A DNA stretch of 64,000 bases, taken from NCBI GenBank assembly GCA_041661405.1, contig JBAZUL010000004.1, positions 15,309 to 79,308 of the forward strand, read 5' to 3'. Origin of the DNA: Patescibacteria group bacterium. Its GTDB lineage: Bacteria > Patescibacteriota > Patescibacteriia > Patescibacteriales > JBAZCA01. The position numbers and the translations under genes were made by a program. The notes under the pieces were generated by a model that saw nothing but the letters and a program-made list of their open reading frames with translations, had not been told where the DNA came from and did no database searches. Positions 45,357 through 54,659 of this stretch are shown here, in pieces (positions within the stretch are counted from its first letter, which is position 1; each line of letters opens with the position of its first letter).

Positions 45357-45431
45357 AGGGCTTGTAGTACAGTGGTAGTACGCCGCATTCGCATTGCGGA
45401 GACGGGAGTCCGATTCTCCCCAAGTCCACCA
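45357..45431 (+). tRNA. tRNA-Ala(CGC)-like gene with encoded CCA and non-canonical features
   Basis: Hand-folded cloverleaf: D stem GTAC/GTAC with GG in the loop; anticodon arm CCGCA-TTCGCAT-TGCGG (anticodon CGC); T arm GGGAG-TCCGATT-CTCCC; 3' end CAAGTCC-A-CCA. The acceptor 5' strand reads GGGCCTTG. That gives either a C3-U70 mismatch, or G3-U70 with a bulged C. The T loop has C at position 55. Confidence 0.7.
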
Positions 45432-45445
45432 TTTATAAGAATCTT

Positions 45446-47077
45446 CTAAATATCGCAAACCAGGTTGCCGAGCTCTTCGGAAAAAACTTCAAAATTTAAA
45501 GAGTAGTCAACCGGAACGTCAATCACGGTTAATTTGTTTGACAAAAGCGCTTCGCGGAGCAGTCCGTCAAATTCTCCGGCTTTGGTTACTTTCATGCCGA
45601 CGGCGCCGTAGCTTTCGGCGTATTTTTTAAAATCAGGGTTGCCGAGATCCATGCCGAAATCCGCGAGTTTCATATTTTTTTGCTTCCATTTTATAAAGCC
45701 GTAAGCGTCGTCGCGGATTATGACAACCACGACCGAAATCTTATTGCGCAGGGCGGTTTCCAGTTCCTGCGAATTCATCATAAACCCGCCGTCGCCGACC
45801 ACGGCGACGACTTTTTTTTCAGGATAAACCAATTTGGCGGCAATGGCGGCGGGCAGTCCGGCGCCCATGGTCGCGAGCGCGTTATCAAGAATCAGGGTGT
45901 TCCGCCCGTAAGTTTTATACATCCGGGAAAACCAAAGTTTATAAATCCCGTTATCAAGCGTAACAATATCTTCCTTTCTAAGGGCGTTTCGCGCGGATTG
46001 GACGATCTCGGGAGGAGTGAGCGGGAATTTTTTTTCCGCTAAGGCCATAGTTTTTTCTTCAATGAGCGCGCGGGTTTTTCTAAAACGGGGAAAATCCCTT
46101 TTGGGGATAAGGGATGAAAGTTCATGGAGCGCGCCCGAAACATCGCCGATAATTTCAACATCCGGGTTGAAATATTTATCCGGTTCAGCCGGGGAAAAAT
46201 CAATATTGATTATTTTTTTTTGAAGTTCCCGGTTCCAGACAAAAGGCGGATATTCCACTATGTTGTAGCCGATAGTGATGATGAGATCAGCCGCGTCAAT
46301 GCCGCAATTAACATAATCCCGGCGGTGCATGCCGGTGGAAAACAGACTAAAAGGAGAATCATCGGAAAGGACGCCTTTGCCCATCTGGGTATGCACGGCG
46401 TAGATGCCGGTTTTTTCCGTAAAAGATGATAAATTCGGCGTGATATTTTTCCGGTTGGCGCCGGAGGAGAGGATGATGAGGGGATTTTTCGCCCAATTAA
46501 TCATTTCCGCCGCCTGCCGGAGCGCCTCCGTGTCCGGAGCTGGTTGCCTTGGCTCATGCCTTGTCTGGATCAGCGCGCCGGTTTCTTCTTCAGCGACATC
46601 TTCAGGCAGTTCAATGTGGACGGCGCCGGGCCGTTCGTCTTCGGCCAGTTTAAAAGCGGTCCGCAGTCCGGTCGGTATGGCGCCGGGATCAATGATGGAA
46701 AAAGATTTTTTGGTTATCGGCCGCATCAGCGAAACAACGTCAACCATCTGGAATTTTGCCTGCCAGTTTTCTTTTATCGCTTTTTGGCCGGAAATCGTTA
46801 TAAGCGGCGCGCCGGTAAGCTGGGCGTGGGCTACCCCGGTTACGAGATTCGCGGCGCCCGGCCCGAGAGTGGAAAGCGCTACTCCGGCCCGGCCGGTAAG
46901 CCGGCCGTAAGTCGCGGCCATGAAAGCGGCGGCCTGTTCATGCCGGGTAACAATGAACTTAATTTTTGAATTCCTTATGGCTTCCATGAGCGCCAGGTTT
47001 TCTTCGCCCGGCAGACCGAAAATATATTCCACCCCTTCTTCTTCCAGTTGTTTTACGAATAATTCTGAAGCCTTCAT
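45446..47077 (-). CDS. Thiamine-diphosphate enzyme, acetolactate-synthase-like
   Basis: The N-terminal TPP-pyrimidine domain is GLPGEENLALMEAI...RHEQAAAFMAATYGRLTGRAGVALSTLGPGAANL. The C-terminal TPP motif is VVGDGGFMMNSQELET. Confidence 0.8.
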   Translation of the reverse strand: MKASELFVKQLEEEGVEYIFGLPGEENLALMEAIRNSKIKFIVTRHEQAAAFMAATYGRLTGRAGVALSTLGPGAANLVTGVAHAQLTGAPLITISGQKAIKENWQAKFQMVDVVSLMRPITKKSFSIIDPGAIPTGLRTAFKLAEDERPGAVHIELPEDVAEEETGALIQTRHEPRQPAPDTEALRQAAEMINWAKNPLIILSSGANRKNITPNLSSFTEKTGIYAVHTQMGKGVLSDDSPFSLFSTGMHRRDYVNCGIDAADLIITIGYNIVEYPPFVWNRELQKKIINIDFSPAEPDKYFNPDVEIIGDVSGALHELSSLIPKRDFPRFRKTRALIEEKTMALAEKKFPLTPPEIVQSARNALRKEDIVTLDNGIYKLWFSRMYKTYGRNTLILDNALATMGAGLPAAIAAKLVYPEKKVVAVVGDGGFMMNSQELETALRNKISVVVVIIRDDAYGFIKWKQKNMKLADFGMDLGNPDFKKYAESYGAVGMKVTKAGEFDGLLREALLSNKLTVIDVPVDYSLNFEVFSEELGNLVCDI

Positions 47078-47096
47078 GAGTTAATTTTTTACATTT

Positions 47097-48464
47097 TTAA
47101 TTATTCACAACAATTGTTTTAACATTAACGAATTCCTTTAATCCGTAATGGGACAGTTCCCGTCCGACGCCGGAATTTTTTACTCCGCCAAAAGGCAGGC
47201 GCGGGTCGGATTTTACCATATCATTAATAGAGATGAATCCGGCATCAATTTTAGCGGCGATTCTTTCCGCTTTCTCAATATTTTCGCTCCAGACTGAAGC
47301 CCCGAGACCGTATTCAGTCGCATTGGCGATCTGTATGGCTTCTACTTCGGTTTTTACGATTATAACCGGAGCGATTGGCCCGAAAACCTCTTCGTTCATT
47401 ATTCTCATCCGGCTGTCGGCGCCGGCGACAATGACCGGGCGAAAAAAGAAACCCTTGGCAGATTTTATTTCCGGACCCCAAAAAGCCTTTCCGCCCAAAG
47501 CGAGCGAATCGTTAAGCTGCCTCTCTAAAAGTTCAACAAAGCGCTCTTGGGCGAGCGGCCCGATGTCGGTCGCCGGATCCATGGGGTCGCCGGTGTTCAA
47601 TTTCAAAAGATTTTCCCTGAATTTTTCCAGGAAGCCGACCGCCGCTTTTTCCATGACAATAAATCTTTTAGCGGCGATACAGCTTTGCCCGGCGTTAACA
47701 AATCTTGATTTAACAGCGAATTTGGCGGCGCGGGAAATGTCCGCGTCTTCCAAAACCAGAAAGGGGTCTGACCCGCCGAGTTCAAGCACGGCTTTAATTA
47801 TTTTCTTACCGGCCAGCGCGCCGATTTGGGAGCCGGCGCGGTTTGATCCGGTGAGCGACACGCCGTCAACTTTATTGTCTTCAATAAGCTTCATGGCCGC
47901 GGCTTCGTCTATAAGCAGGGCGCGGAAAGCATGTTCCGGGAGTCCGGCTTCTCTCATAAGTTTTTCAATGGCCAGGGCGGAGATTGGAACGCTTGGGGCG
48001 TGTTTTAATAAAACCGTATTGCCGACGGCTAAAGCGGGTATTGCAAAACGGAAAACCTGCCAGAAAGGGAAGTTCCAGGGCATGATAGCGAGTATTACTC
48101 CAAGAGGCTCAAAGGAAGCGTAAGATTTTTTCGCTTCGGTCGGAATTATTTCCGGCTGGAGGAATTTTTCCGCGTTGTCACCGTAATAATCGCAGACCAG
48201 CGCGCATTTTTCTATTTCCGCGGCAGACTCTTTTATCGGTTTTCCCATTTCCTTCGTGATTAGGGCGGAAAAATGATTTTTGTTTTTTATTAGCAGGCGG
48301 CCGATATTTTTAATAATCGCAACCCTTTGACCCTGGGTTGTTAATTTCCAGCGGACGAATTCTTTTCTTGATTCAGTGACAATAGTCTCAATTTCCCGGC
48401 CAGAGTAATTTTCAAACTCAGCGTTAATTTCTTCGGTAAAAGGATTAATAGAAGTCATTTTCAT
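47097..48464 (-). CDS. NAD(P)-dependent aldehyde dehydrogenase (succinate-semialdehyde dehydrogenase-like)
   Basis: LELGGSDP, NAGQSCIAAKR (catalytic Cys) and EEVFGP motifs. Confidence 0.85.
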   Translation of the reverse strand: MKMTSINPFTEEINAEFENYSGREIETIVTESRKEFVRWKLTTQGQRVAIIKNIGRLLIKNKNHFSALITKEMGKPIKESAAEIEKCALVCDYYGDNAEKFLQPEIIPTEAKKSYASFEPLGVILAIMPWNFPFWQVFRFAIPALAVGNTVLLKHAPSVPISALAIEKLMREAGLPEHAFRALLIDEAAAMKLIEDNKVDGVSLTGSNRAGSQIGALAGKKIIKAVLELGGSDPFLVLEDADISRAAKFAVKSRFVNAGQSCIAAKRFIVMEKAAVGFLEKFRENLLKLNTGDPMDPATDIGPLAQERFVELLERQLNDSLALGGKAFWGPEIKSAKGFFFRPVIVAGADSRMRIMNEEVFGPIAPVIIVKTEVEAIQIANATEYGLGASVWSENIEKAERIAAKIDAGFISINDMVKSDPRLPFGGVKNSGVGRELSHYGLKEFVNVKTIVVNN

Positions 48465-48542
48465 AATAGAAGTGAGTGAACCCCGCGTTATGCGGGACGA
48501 GCGAGCATAGTATTGGATTAAAATTGCGCGAAAAAATAAACA

Positions 48543-48570
48543 TTTATAAAGATTATTTAAAGTATGTCAA
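48543..48570 (-). promoter_or_regulatory. Candidate promoter of the ALDH/TPP operon
   Basis: On the minus strand: TTGACA (48570-48565), 16-nt spacer, TATAAA (48548-48543). Confidence 0.4.
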
Positions 48571-48689
48571 AGCGCGATTAAGCAATGATTAAGGAGCTTT
48601 GCCGGATTGCTGATAATAGCGCGTATCTGCTATTTACCGGCAGAAGAGGGAAAAAATAGAGTAAAACGGCTACCAAACATAGCTCATGA

Positions 48690-48718
48690 TTGACAAAATC
48701 ATGCATTTATGCTAGAAT
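48690..48718 (+). promoter_or_regulatory. Candidate promoter of the 933-aa protein gene
   Basis: TTGACA (48690-48695), 17-nt spacer, TAGAAT (48713-48718), 30 nt before the ATG. Confidence 0.6.
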
Positions 48719-48748
48719 GATTAGTCTAGTGCTAAAAATATCAATTTT

Positions 48749-51550
48749 ATGCAAAATTATTTAAAGTTAGCCAAAAAATATTCACGAAAAAGAAGCGCCA
48801 GTTTGCTTGAATGGCACAGTAATGCGCTTGCGGTCATTTTTAAGCTAGCTTTCTTCGCTTTAACCCTGGGGTTGTCATTTAATGCTTTTTCTTTTGACGT
48901 TTCAGCCTCAAGCGGACTTAGCGCTGATATAAAGCAGGTAAAAACCGCAAATAGCGCGACTGTTTATTATCTTGACCACGCGCGCGCCCTGAAAAAAGCT
49001 TATGTTTCAGCTGAGTCATATTTGTCCTACGGAAACCGTTGGTCAGATATTAAGATTATATCCCCAGAAAAATTGGCTTTATGGAAGGACGCCGAATTAA
49101 TTAAAGCCGCGGGCAATGCCGGAGTTTATTACATCCGCGACGGAAAAAAAGCGCTTATCAGGTCTGAGAAAGAATTTATCGGACTGGGCTTTAACTGGAA
49201 TGATATTATTACGCTTTCCGCGATTGATTTCAATTCTTATAAAGAAACCGGCTTGAGCGAGCTTTACACTTCTTCCGTCAACAAAATTTCGGCTGAGGAA
49301 TCTCGGACGGATTATTCCGGACTTGGAGTTTATCTTGATTCAATGAGTCCTAAAGAAGGCTATGCCGTGATTAACACCAGGGATAACCTGGCGGCGGTTT
49401 TTGATCTAATTTCCCGTTCAGAAAAAACCATAACAATAAAAAGTTTTTCTTTTGACCTCAAAGGCGTGTATTCGGACGACCTCGTAAAAGATATTTACCT
49501 TGCCAATGACGCTGGCGTAAAATACGAAAATTTCATCGCCAACCGGATTGGGCACAAAGTAACATTCAGTTTTAGGAACCCCGGCTTGGCGCTTGCTCCC
49601 GGAGAAGTAAAAAAAATATCCGTCTATATTGACCTCGGCGGTTCAAAAACCAACGAAGGCCAGGCTTACCAGGTTGCCATGGAAAATACCGGCTATGTTT
49701 TTGCTGATTGTCCGGTAGCCGGAGGATTTCCCCTTGTCTCAGCGCGCCAAAAAATTCTTATCGGCGATGGTGTATTGGGAAAACTTCGGGCTGACGAAGA
49801 AAGCCTCAGCGGCTATAACAAGCGGGCGGTTATCGGGTCAACCGACCAGCCGATAATTAAGTTCAGCCTGAAAGAACTGACTAAAAATGAAGATCTGGCC
49901 GTAAAAAAAATAACTTTCACCAGCTTCGGTTCAACCGGGCCGGACATGATAAAGAATTTTAAGCTGAAAAACAGTTCTGGCAAAATTATCGCGCAGACCG
50001 CGGCGCTTAATGAGGATAATAAGCTATATTTCAACGTCAGCGATTACATAATCAGCAAAGACTCAAAAGAAACGTTTTTGGTGACGGCCGATATTGTTGA
50101 CGGCGAAGAAAAAACTTTTGATTTTAATATCCTTGAAGTTAAAGTCTCAGACAGAAATACCGGCCTCGGTCTTTCGGCCGATATTTATAATATTGACGAG
50201 AGCCAGACCATAAAAAGAGAATATATCGGAGTAATCGCCAAGGATTTAAAAACCAATACCAAGGTTTTTTCAAAACAAAAAGGCGTGATTGTCGGCAATT
50301 TTGAGATAAGGAATAATAATAAAAAAATCACCCTGCAGAGCCTTGAATTTGAACTGCAAAAAAATTCATCTGCTCCGCGGATTGAGGCCACGGTTTACCT
50401 CGTTAATTACGCCACGGGCGAAATTTACGGACACGCCGAAGGGATAGAGCTTAGCGCCGGACCGGCTGTCATAAACATGGTTCCGGTCAAGATGGAAGCG
50501 AAAAAAAGCCTAACCGTAACGCTAATTACTGATATTCCAAAGGATACATCGGCCGGAGATTATTACCTGGCCATTCTGAACAAAATAAATTACGAATCAG
50601 AAAACGGCGCTCATTACAGCGATTCGGTGAAGGCGCCGGGCGCAAAATTGAATGTAACGAGTTCCGGGCTGTATGTTTACCCGAACCACGAACTGGAAGG
50701 GCTTACTTATATTAAGGGCGAAGGCGGAGTAACTGTCGCGAATTTTATTCTTGAAGCCTCGTCCGGCGAGGATATTGTCATTAACGGGATTACTGTCGCG
50801 CAGGGCGAGACTTCGGGAGCGATAACTTACGATAACGGTTTTTCAGGACTCCGGGCGTATATCAACGGAAAACGGGCAGGCCAGGTTATTTACGAGCCGA
50901 CCGGAGCCACTTTCGCTTTAAGCGGTTTCAACTATGTCCTTAAAAACGGCAGCCGGGTTAAGCTCATTATCGTCGCTGACACGACGCGCGACTTAAGGGT
51001 ATCGGAAACCCAAATGGCTTTAAGCGAACTGATCGCCGTTGGCTATAAGTCGGGAATTCCGACCAGCGCCGCGGGGCTTCCCAGCCAAAGCTATCCGGTA
51101 TTCTTTGACATCACCGCGCTGGATGTTGCTGCGGTGAATGGCGGAGCCGCTATACTGGATTCGGACAATAACCTTGTCGCCAGCTTCAGCGTTGCTAACT
51201 TAGGGATTGAAGATATCAGGTTAAGACAAATTGAAATAACCACCTCTGACGCCGGATTCACCTCAAGTTTAGGGTTTTATAACTTGAGAATCGCTGAAAA
51301 AGCGTCCGGCCGCAAGCTGGGAAGCGTTAGCCGTCCGGTCGCCGGAGCCAACGTGGTTTCCATGGGAAATATCACCGTTAAAGCCGGAGAAAAATTATAC
51401 TTTGACGTTTATGTTGATACTGACGGCCGGGTTTTAGCCGGAAGTTTCCAAGTGTATTTTAACGTCCTCAGGGCTGAGGGCGCGGTATCGCGGCTATCGC
51501 CCGACATAACCGGCGACCCGACCGATCCGGTCACGGTAACGGTGAATTAA
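48749..51550 (+). CDS. Large membrane-anchored extracellular repeat protein (Ig-like beta-sandwich repeats), unknown function
   Basis: 933 aa. There is an N-terminal TM anchor (LAFFALTLGLSFNAF), then two VYY(L/I)xD...W.DI motifs, then repeated units of about 90-100 aa. No family recognised. Confidence 0.65.
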   Translation: MQNYLKLAKKYSRKRSASLLEWHSNALAVIFKLAFFALTLGLSFNAFSFDVSASSGLSADIKQVKTANSATVYYLDHARALKKAYVSAESYLSYGNRWSDIKIISPEKLALWKDAELIKAAGNAGVYYIRDGKKALIRSEKEFIGLGFNWNDIITLSAIDFNSYKETGLSELYTSSVNKISAEESRTDYSGLGVYLDSMSPKEGYAVINTRDNLAAVFDLISRSEKTITIKSFSFDLKGVYSDDLVKDIYLANDAGVKYENFIANRIGHKVTFSFRNPGLALAPGEVKKISVYIDLGGSKTNEGQAYQVAMENTGYVFADCPVAGGFPLVSARQKILIGDGVLGKLRADEESLSGYNKRAVIGSTDQPIIKFSLKELTKNEDLAVKKITFTSFGSTGPDMIKNFKLKNSSGKIIAQTAALNEDNKLYFNVSDYIISKDSKETFLVTADIVDGEEKTFDFNILEVKVSDRNTGLGLSADIYNIDESQTIKREYIGVIAKDLKTNTKVFSKQKGVIVGNFEIRNNNKKITLQSLEFELQKNSSAPRIEATVYLVNYATGEIYGHAEGIELSAGPAVINMVPVKMEAKKSLTVTLITDIPKDTSAGDYYLAILNKINYESENGAHYSDSVKAPGAKLNVTSSGLYVYPNHELEGLTYIKGEGGVTVANFILEASSGEDIVINGITVAQGETSGAITYDNGFSGLRAYINGKRAGQVIYEPTGATFALSGFNYVLKNGSRVKLIIVADTTRDLRVSETQMALSELIAVGYKSGIPTSAAGLPSQSYPVFFDITALDVAAVNGGAAILDSDNNLVASFSVANLGIEDIRLRQIEITTSDAGFTSSLGFYNLRIAEKASGRKLGSVSRPVAGANVVSMGNITVKAGEKLYFDVYVDTDGRVLAGSFQVYFNVLRAEGAVSRLSPDITGDPTDPVTVTVN

Positions 51551-51559
51551 AACACTCTA

Positions 51560-51590
51560 CAAAATACGAAAAGAACAAAATACGAAAATT
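51560..51590 (+). repeat. Intergenic copy of the AAAATACGAAAA 16-nt-period repeat
   Basis: 30 of 31 nt identical to 43188-43218. Confidence 0.9.
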
Positions 51591-51594
51591 AATT

Positions 51595-51626
51595 AAAACG
51601 TCCCGTAAGTACGGGACGTTTTAATT
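51595..51626. terminator. Bidirectional terminator between the 933-aa gene and clpB
   Basis: AAAACGTCCCGTAAGTACGGGACGTTTT is a perfect palindrome flanked by an A-run and a T-run. Confidence 0.8.
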
Positions 51627-51671
51627 TTAGTAGTTGGTTCCGAGAACTCGGGATTTGTATTTTGTGGATTT

Positions 51672-54299
51672 CTATTTAACATTCACAAGCACTTCGTTTT
51701 TGGCGCCAAGATCAATCGTCACTTTGTCGCCTTCTTTTATTTTACCTTCAATGATTCGCATAGCCAGCTCATCCAGAATCTGGTTTTGGATAACCCGTTT
51801 AAGCGGCCGGGCGCCGAAGGTAATATCATAGCCTTTGTCAGCAAGCATCTTCTTTACCTTACCGCCGACTTTAACGGTTATGAGCTTATTCTTCAGGCGC
51901 TTTTCCACCTTAGCCAGTTCCAGATCAACGATTTTCATAAGATCCGTTTTGTTAAGGCTCTTGAAGATGACAATTTCATCAATCCGGTTTAAGAATTCCA
52001 GCTTGAAATTTTCCCGGAGAATGCCGTCAATTTTTTCTTTCATTTCATTTTCCCGGACATCCTTTACATTTTCCCGGTCAGACTCGTCGATAAAACCGAT
52101 GGTGTATTCCTTAATAACCTCGTTACCTAAGTTGGAAGTCATTATAATGATGGTATTTTTAAAATTAACTACCCGGCCTTTGGCGTCGGTAAGACGGCCG
52201 TCTTCAAGAACCTGTAAAAGGATATTAAAGACTTCCGGGTGGGCTTTTTCAATCTCGTCAAACAATATTACGCTGTAGGGCCGTCGCCTGATTTTTTCCG
52301 TGAGTTGTCCGCCTTCTTCGTAGCCGACATAGCCCGGAGGCGATCCGATGAATTTAGCGACCGAGTGCTTTTCCATGAATTCGCTCATGTCCACTCGTAT
52401 TAAAGAGTTTTCATCATTGAACATGAATTCGGCCAAAGCCTTGGCCAGCTCGGTTTTCCCGACTCCGGTCGGTCCGACAAAAAGGAAAGAGCCGATTGGC
52501 CGTTTTTCTTCGGAAATCCCGGCTCGTGAACGCCGGAGGGCGTTGGCGATTACGGTTATGGCTTCGTTCTGGCCGATAACCCGGGATTCCAGCGCTCCTT
52601 CGGTTTTAACGAGTTTTTCTTTTTCGCTTTCAAGCATTTTTATTGCCGGGATTCCGGTCCAGCGGGAAATGATTTTAGCGATATCTTCGTCGTCTATTTC
52701 CTCCTTTAAAAGCCGGCGTCCGCTTTTCTGCATTTCCACCAGGTCGCTTTCCAGCTTTTTAAGATCATTTTCTTTGGCCGGAATTTCCGCGTAACGAATT
52801 TCCGCCACCCGGGCGAGATTATCGCCCCGGCGCTCGGTTATTTCCGCCTGCGACCGGAGGCTTTCAATGTCTTTTTTTACGGAACGCATATTAGAAATTA
52901 TTTCCTTTTCATTTTTCCAAGCCAGCTCAAGATGATTAGCGCGCTCCCTTAGTTCCTGGAGCTGGCGGTTAATCTCCTTTATTTTCTGTCCGGCCCGTTT
53001 TTCGCGCGAAAGTCCGGCTTTTTCAATTTCCAGCCTTCTTATTTCCCGGTGGAGATTGTCCAATTCGGCCGGCGAAGAATCAATTTCCATCCTTAACGCC
53101 GAAGCGGCCTCGTCTATTAAGTCAACCGCCTTATCCGGGAGGAATCGGTCGCTGATGTAACGGGAGGAAAGCGATGCCGCTGATATGATAGCGTCGTCGG
53201 TTATTTTTACGCCGTGATGGATCTCATATTTTTCCTTGATTCCGCGCAGGATGGCAATCGTATCTTCAACGCTCGGTTCAGTTATGTAAATCGGCTGAAA
53301 CCTTCTTTCCAGGGCCGCATCGCGCTCTATGTATTTTTGGTATTCTTTTGTAGTCGTGGCGCCGACAGTCCTTATTTCGCCTCTCGCTAACGCCGGTTTA
53401 AGCATGTTTGATGCGTCCATGGCTCCTTCGGAAGCGCCGGCGCCGACAAGGGTATGGAGCTCGTCGATAAACAAGACAACTTTTCCGTCCTGGGATTTTA
53501 CTTCTTTTAAAACTGCTTTTAACCGTTCCTCAAATTCGCCCCGGAATTTTGAACCGGCCAAAAGCGAGCCGAGATCCAGGCTTAAAATTTCTTTATTTTT
53601 TATGGTTTCCGGAACGTCGCCTTCAACAATCCGCTGGGCCAGACCTTCAACAATGGCGGTTTTTCCGGTACCGGCTTCGCCGATCAAGACCGGATTGTTT
53701 TTTGTCCGGCGCGAAAGAACTTGCATAATCCGCCTTATTTCGTTATCCCGGCCGATTACCGGATCAAGTTTTTTTTCGCGGGCGAGCTTTGTAAGATTGT
53801 TGGTGTATTTTTCCAGTACCTGGTATTTTGATTCCGGTTCCGGATCGCTTATGCGCTGGGAACCGCGCAGTTCGGATAATACTTTAAGCACTTTCGCGTA
53901 TTCAATTCCATGCCGAAGAAGAACTTCCTGGGCGGATGATTTTACGCCGATTAACGAAAGAAAGAGATGTTCGGTGGATATGTATTCGTCTTTAATCTGG
54001 TCAGCCTCCTTTTTCGCCCGGTCAAGGACAGCCGCCACTTCCGAGGTGCCCTGCACCATGCCGATTTTTCCGGCCACGCGGGTTTTTGGCAGGCGGAGAA
54101 GCTCCCGATTGACGTCTTCGACCGCGTCTTTAACCGAAACCTGAAGTTTTTCAAGAATCGGAATTATAATGCTGTCAGTCTGCTCCAACAGGGCGTCCAA
54201 AAGATGGATGGCCTCAATATACTGCTGGCCGTTTTCCTGGGCGATGGTTTGGGCGTTTACGATCGCCTCCTGGGATTTATGGGTGAATTTATCAAACAT
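51672..54299 (-). CDS. clpB: ATP-dependent chaperone ClpB
   Basis: 875 aa. Two AAA+ modules ([15 protein letters not shown]; [15 protein letters not shown]), a long coiled-coil middle domain and a Clp N-domain. Confidence 0.95.
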   Translation of the reverse strand: MFDKFTHKSQEAIVNAQTIAQENGQQYIEAIHLLDALLEQTDSIIIPILEKLQVSVKDAVEDVNRELLRLPKTRVAGKIGMVQGTSEVAAVLDRAKKEADQIKDEYISTEHLFLSLIGVKSSAQEVLLRHGIEYAKVLKVLSELRGSQRISDPEPESKYQVLEKYTNNLTKLAREKKLDPVIGRDNEIRRIMQVLSRRTKNNPVLIGEAGTGKTAIVEGLAQRIVEGDVPETIKNKEILSLDLGSLLAGSKFRGEFEERLKAVLKEVKSQDGKVVLFIDELHTLVGAGASEGAMDASNMLKPALARGEIRTVGATTTKEYQKYIERDAALERRFQPIYITEPSVEDTIAILRGIKEKYEIHHGVKITDDAIISAASLSSRYISDRFLPDKAVDLIDEAASALRMEIDSSPAELDNLHREIRRLEIEKAGLSREKRAGQKIKEINRQLQELRERANHLELAWKNEKEIISNMRSVKKDIESLRSQAEITERRGDNLARVAEIRYAEIPAKENDLKKLESDLVEMQKSGRRLLKEEIDDEDIAKIISRWTGIPAIKMLESEKEKLVKTEGALESRVIGQNEAITVIANALRRSRAGISEEKRPIGSFLFVGPTGVGKTELAKALAEFMFNDENSLIRVDMSEFMEKHSVAKFIGSPPGYVGYEEGGQLTEKIRRRPYSVILFDEIEKAHPEVFNILLQVLEDGRLTDAKGRVVNFKNTIIIMTSNLGNEVIKEYTIGFIDESDRENVKDVRENEMKEKIDGILRENFKLEFLNRIDEIVIFKSLNKTDLMKIVDLELAKVEKRLKNKLITVKVGGKVKKMLADKGYDITFGARPLKRVIQNQILDELAMRIIEGKIKEGDKVTIDLGAKNEVLVNVK

Positions 54300-54302
54300 A
54301 AA

Positions 54303-54388
54303 TAAGTTATAAAGTTATAAAGTAAAAAGTTTAAAGTATTATATTTATACTTTTAGCCTTATACTTTATAACTTTAAACTTTATAACT
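54303..54388. repeat. GTTATAAAG / CTTTATAAC word hairpin in the clpB leader
   Basis: AGTTATAAAGTTATAAAGTAAAAAGTTTAAAGTAT opposes ATACTTTATAACTTTAAACTTTATAACT. Confidence 0.8.
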
Positions 54389-54401
54389 ATAAAAACATTA
54401 T

Positions 54402-54428
54402 TTAGCACTCTAATACTTTGACTGCTAA
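54402..54428. promoter_or_regulatory. CIRCE (HrcA operator) upstream of clpB
   Basis: TTAGCACTC-TAATACTTT-GACTGCTAA compared with the consensus TTAGCACTC-N9-GAGTGCTAA shows 1 mismatch. It lies immediately downstream of the -10 element. Confidence 0.7.
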
Positions 54429-54430
54429 TT

Positions 54431-54459
54431 ACTATATAGCCTGTTGTTTTTATTGTCAA
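54431..54459 (-). promoter_or_regulatory. clpB promoter
   Basis: On the minus strand: TTGACA (54459-54454), 17-nt spacer, TATAGT (54436-54431). Confidence 0.6.
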
Positions 54460-54528
54460 GACTTGCGATATATATGACGCATCGCCTGTTTATAATTTAC
54501 CAGAAAAAAAGGGAAAAGGGAAGGTAAA

Positions 54529-54557
54529 TTGCAATATTCATGATATTAAACTACAAT
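54529..54557 (+). promoter_or_regulatory. Candidate promoter for wecG/tagA-like gene
   Basis: TTGCAA (54529-54534), 17-nt spacer, TACAAT (54552-54557). The leader is about 95 nt. Confidence 0.45.
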
Positions 54558-54659
54558 TTATTCAGGTGAATTCGGCATCTGGGACAGTAAGGGGGCGATA
54601 ATCATCCGGCGCAGTCCAGGCGCTTAGCGAAGATGCATTAATTAAGTGTGATCAATCGT

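Noticed and set aside
47233-48123. A 296-aa plus-strand ORF. Similar long antisense ORFs occur at 53329-54144, 46404-46910, 45680-46042, 52348-52794 and 33246-33707.
   Set aside because: Each lies fully antisense to a strongly supported conserved gene (ALDH, clpB, TPP enzyme, ctpA) and has a low-complexity Ser/Ala/Pro-rich translation. These are shadow ORFs.
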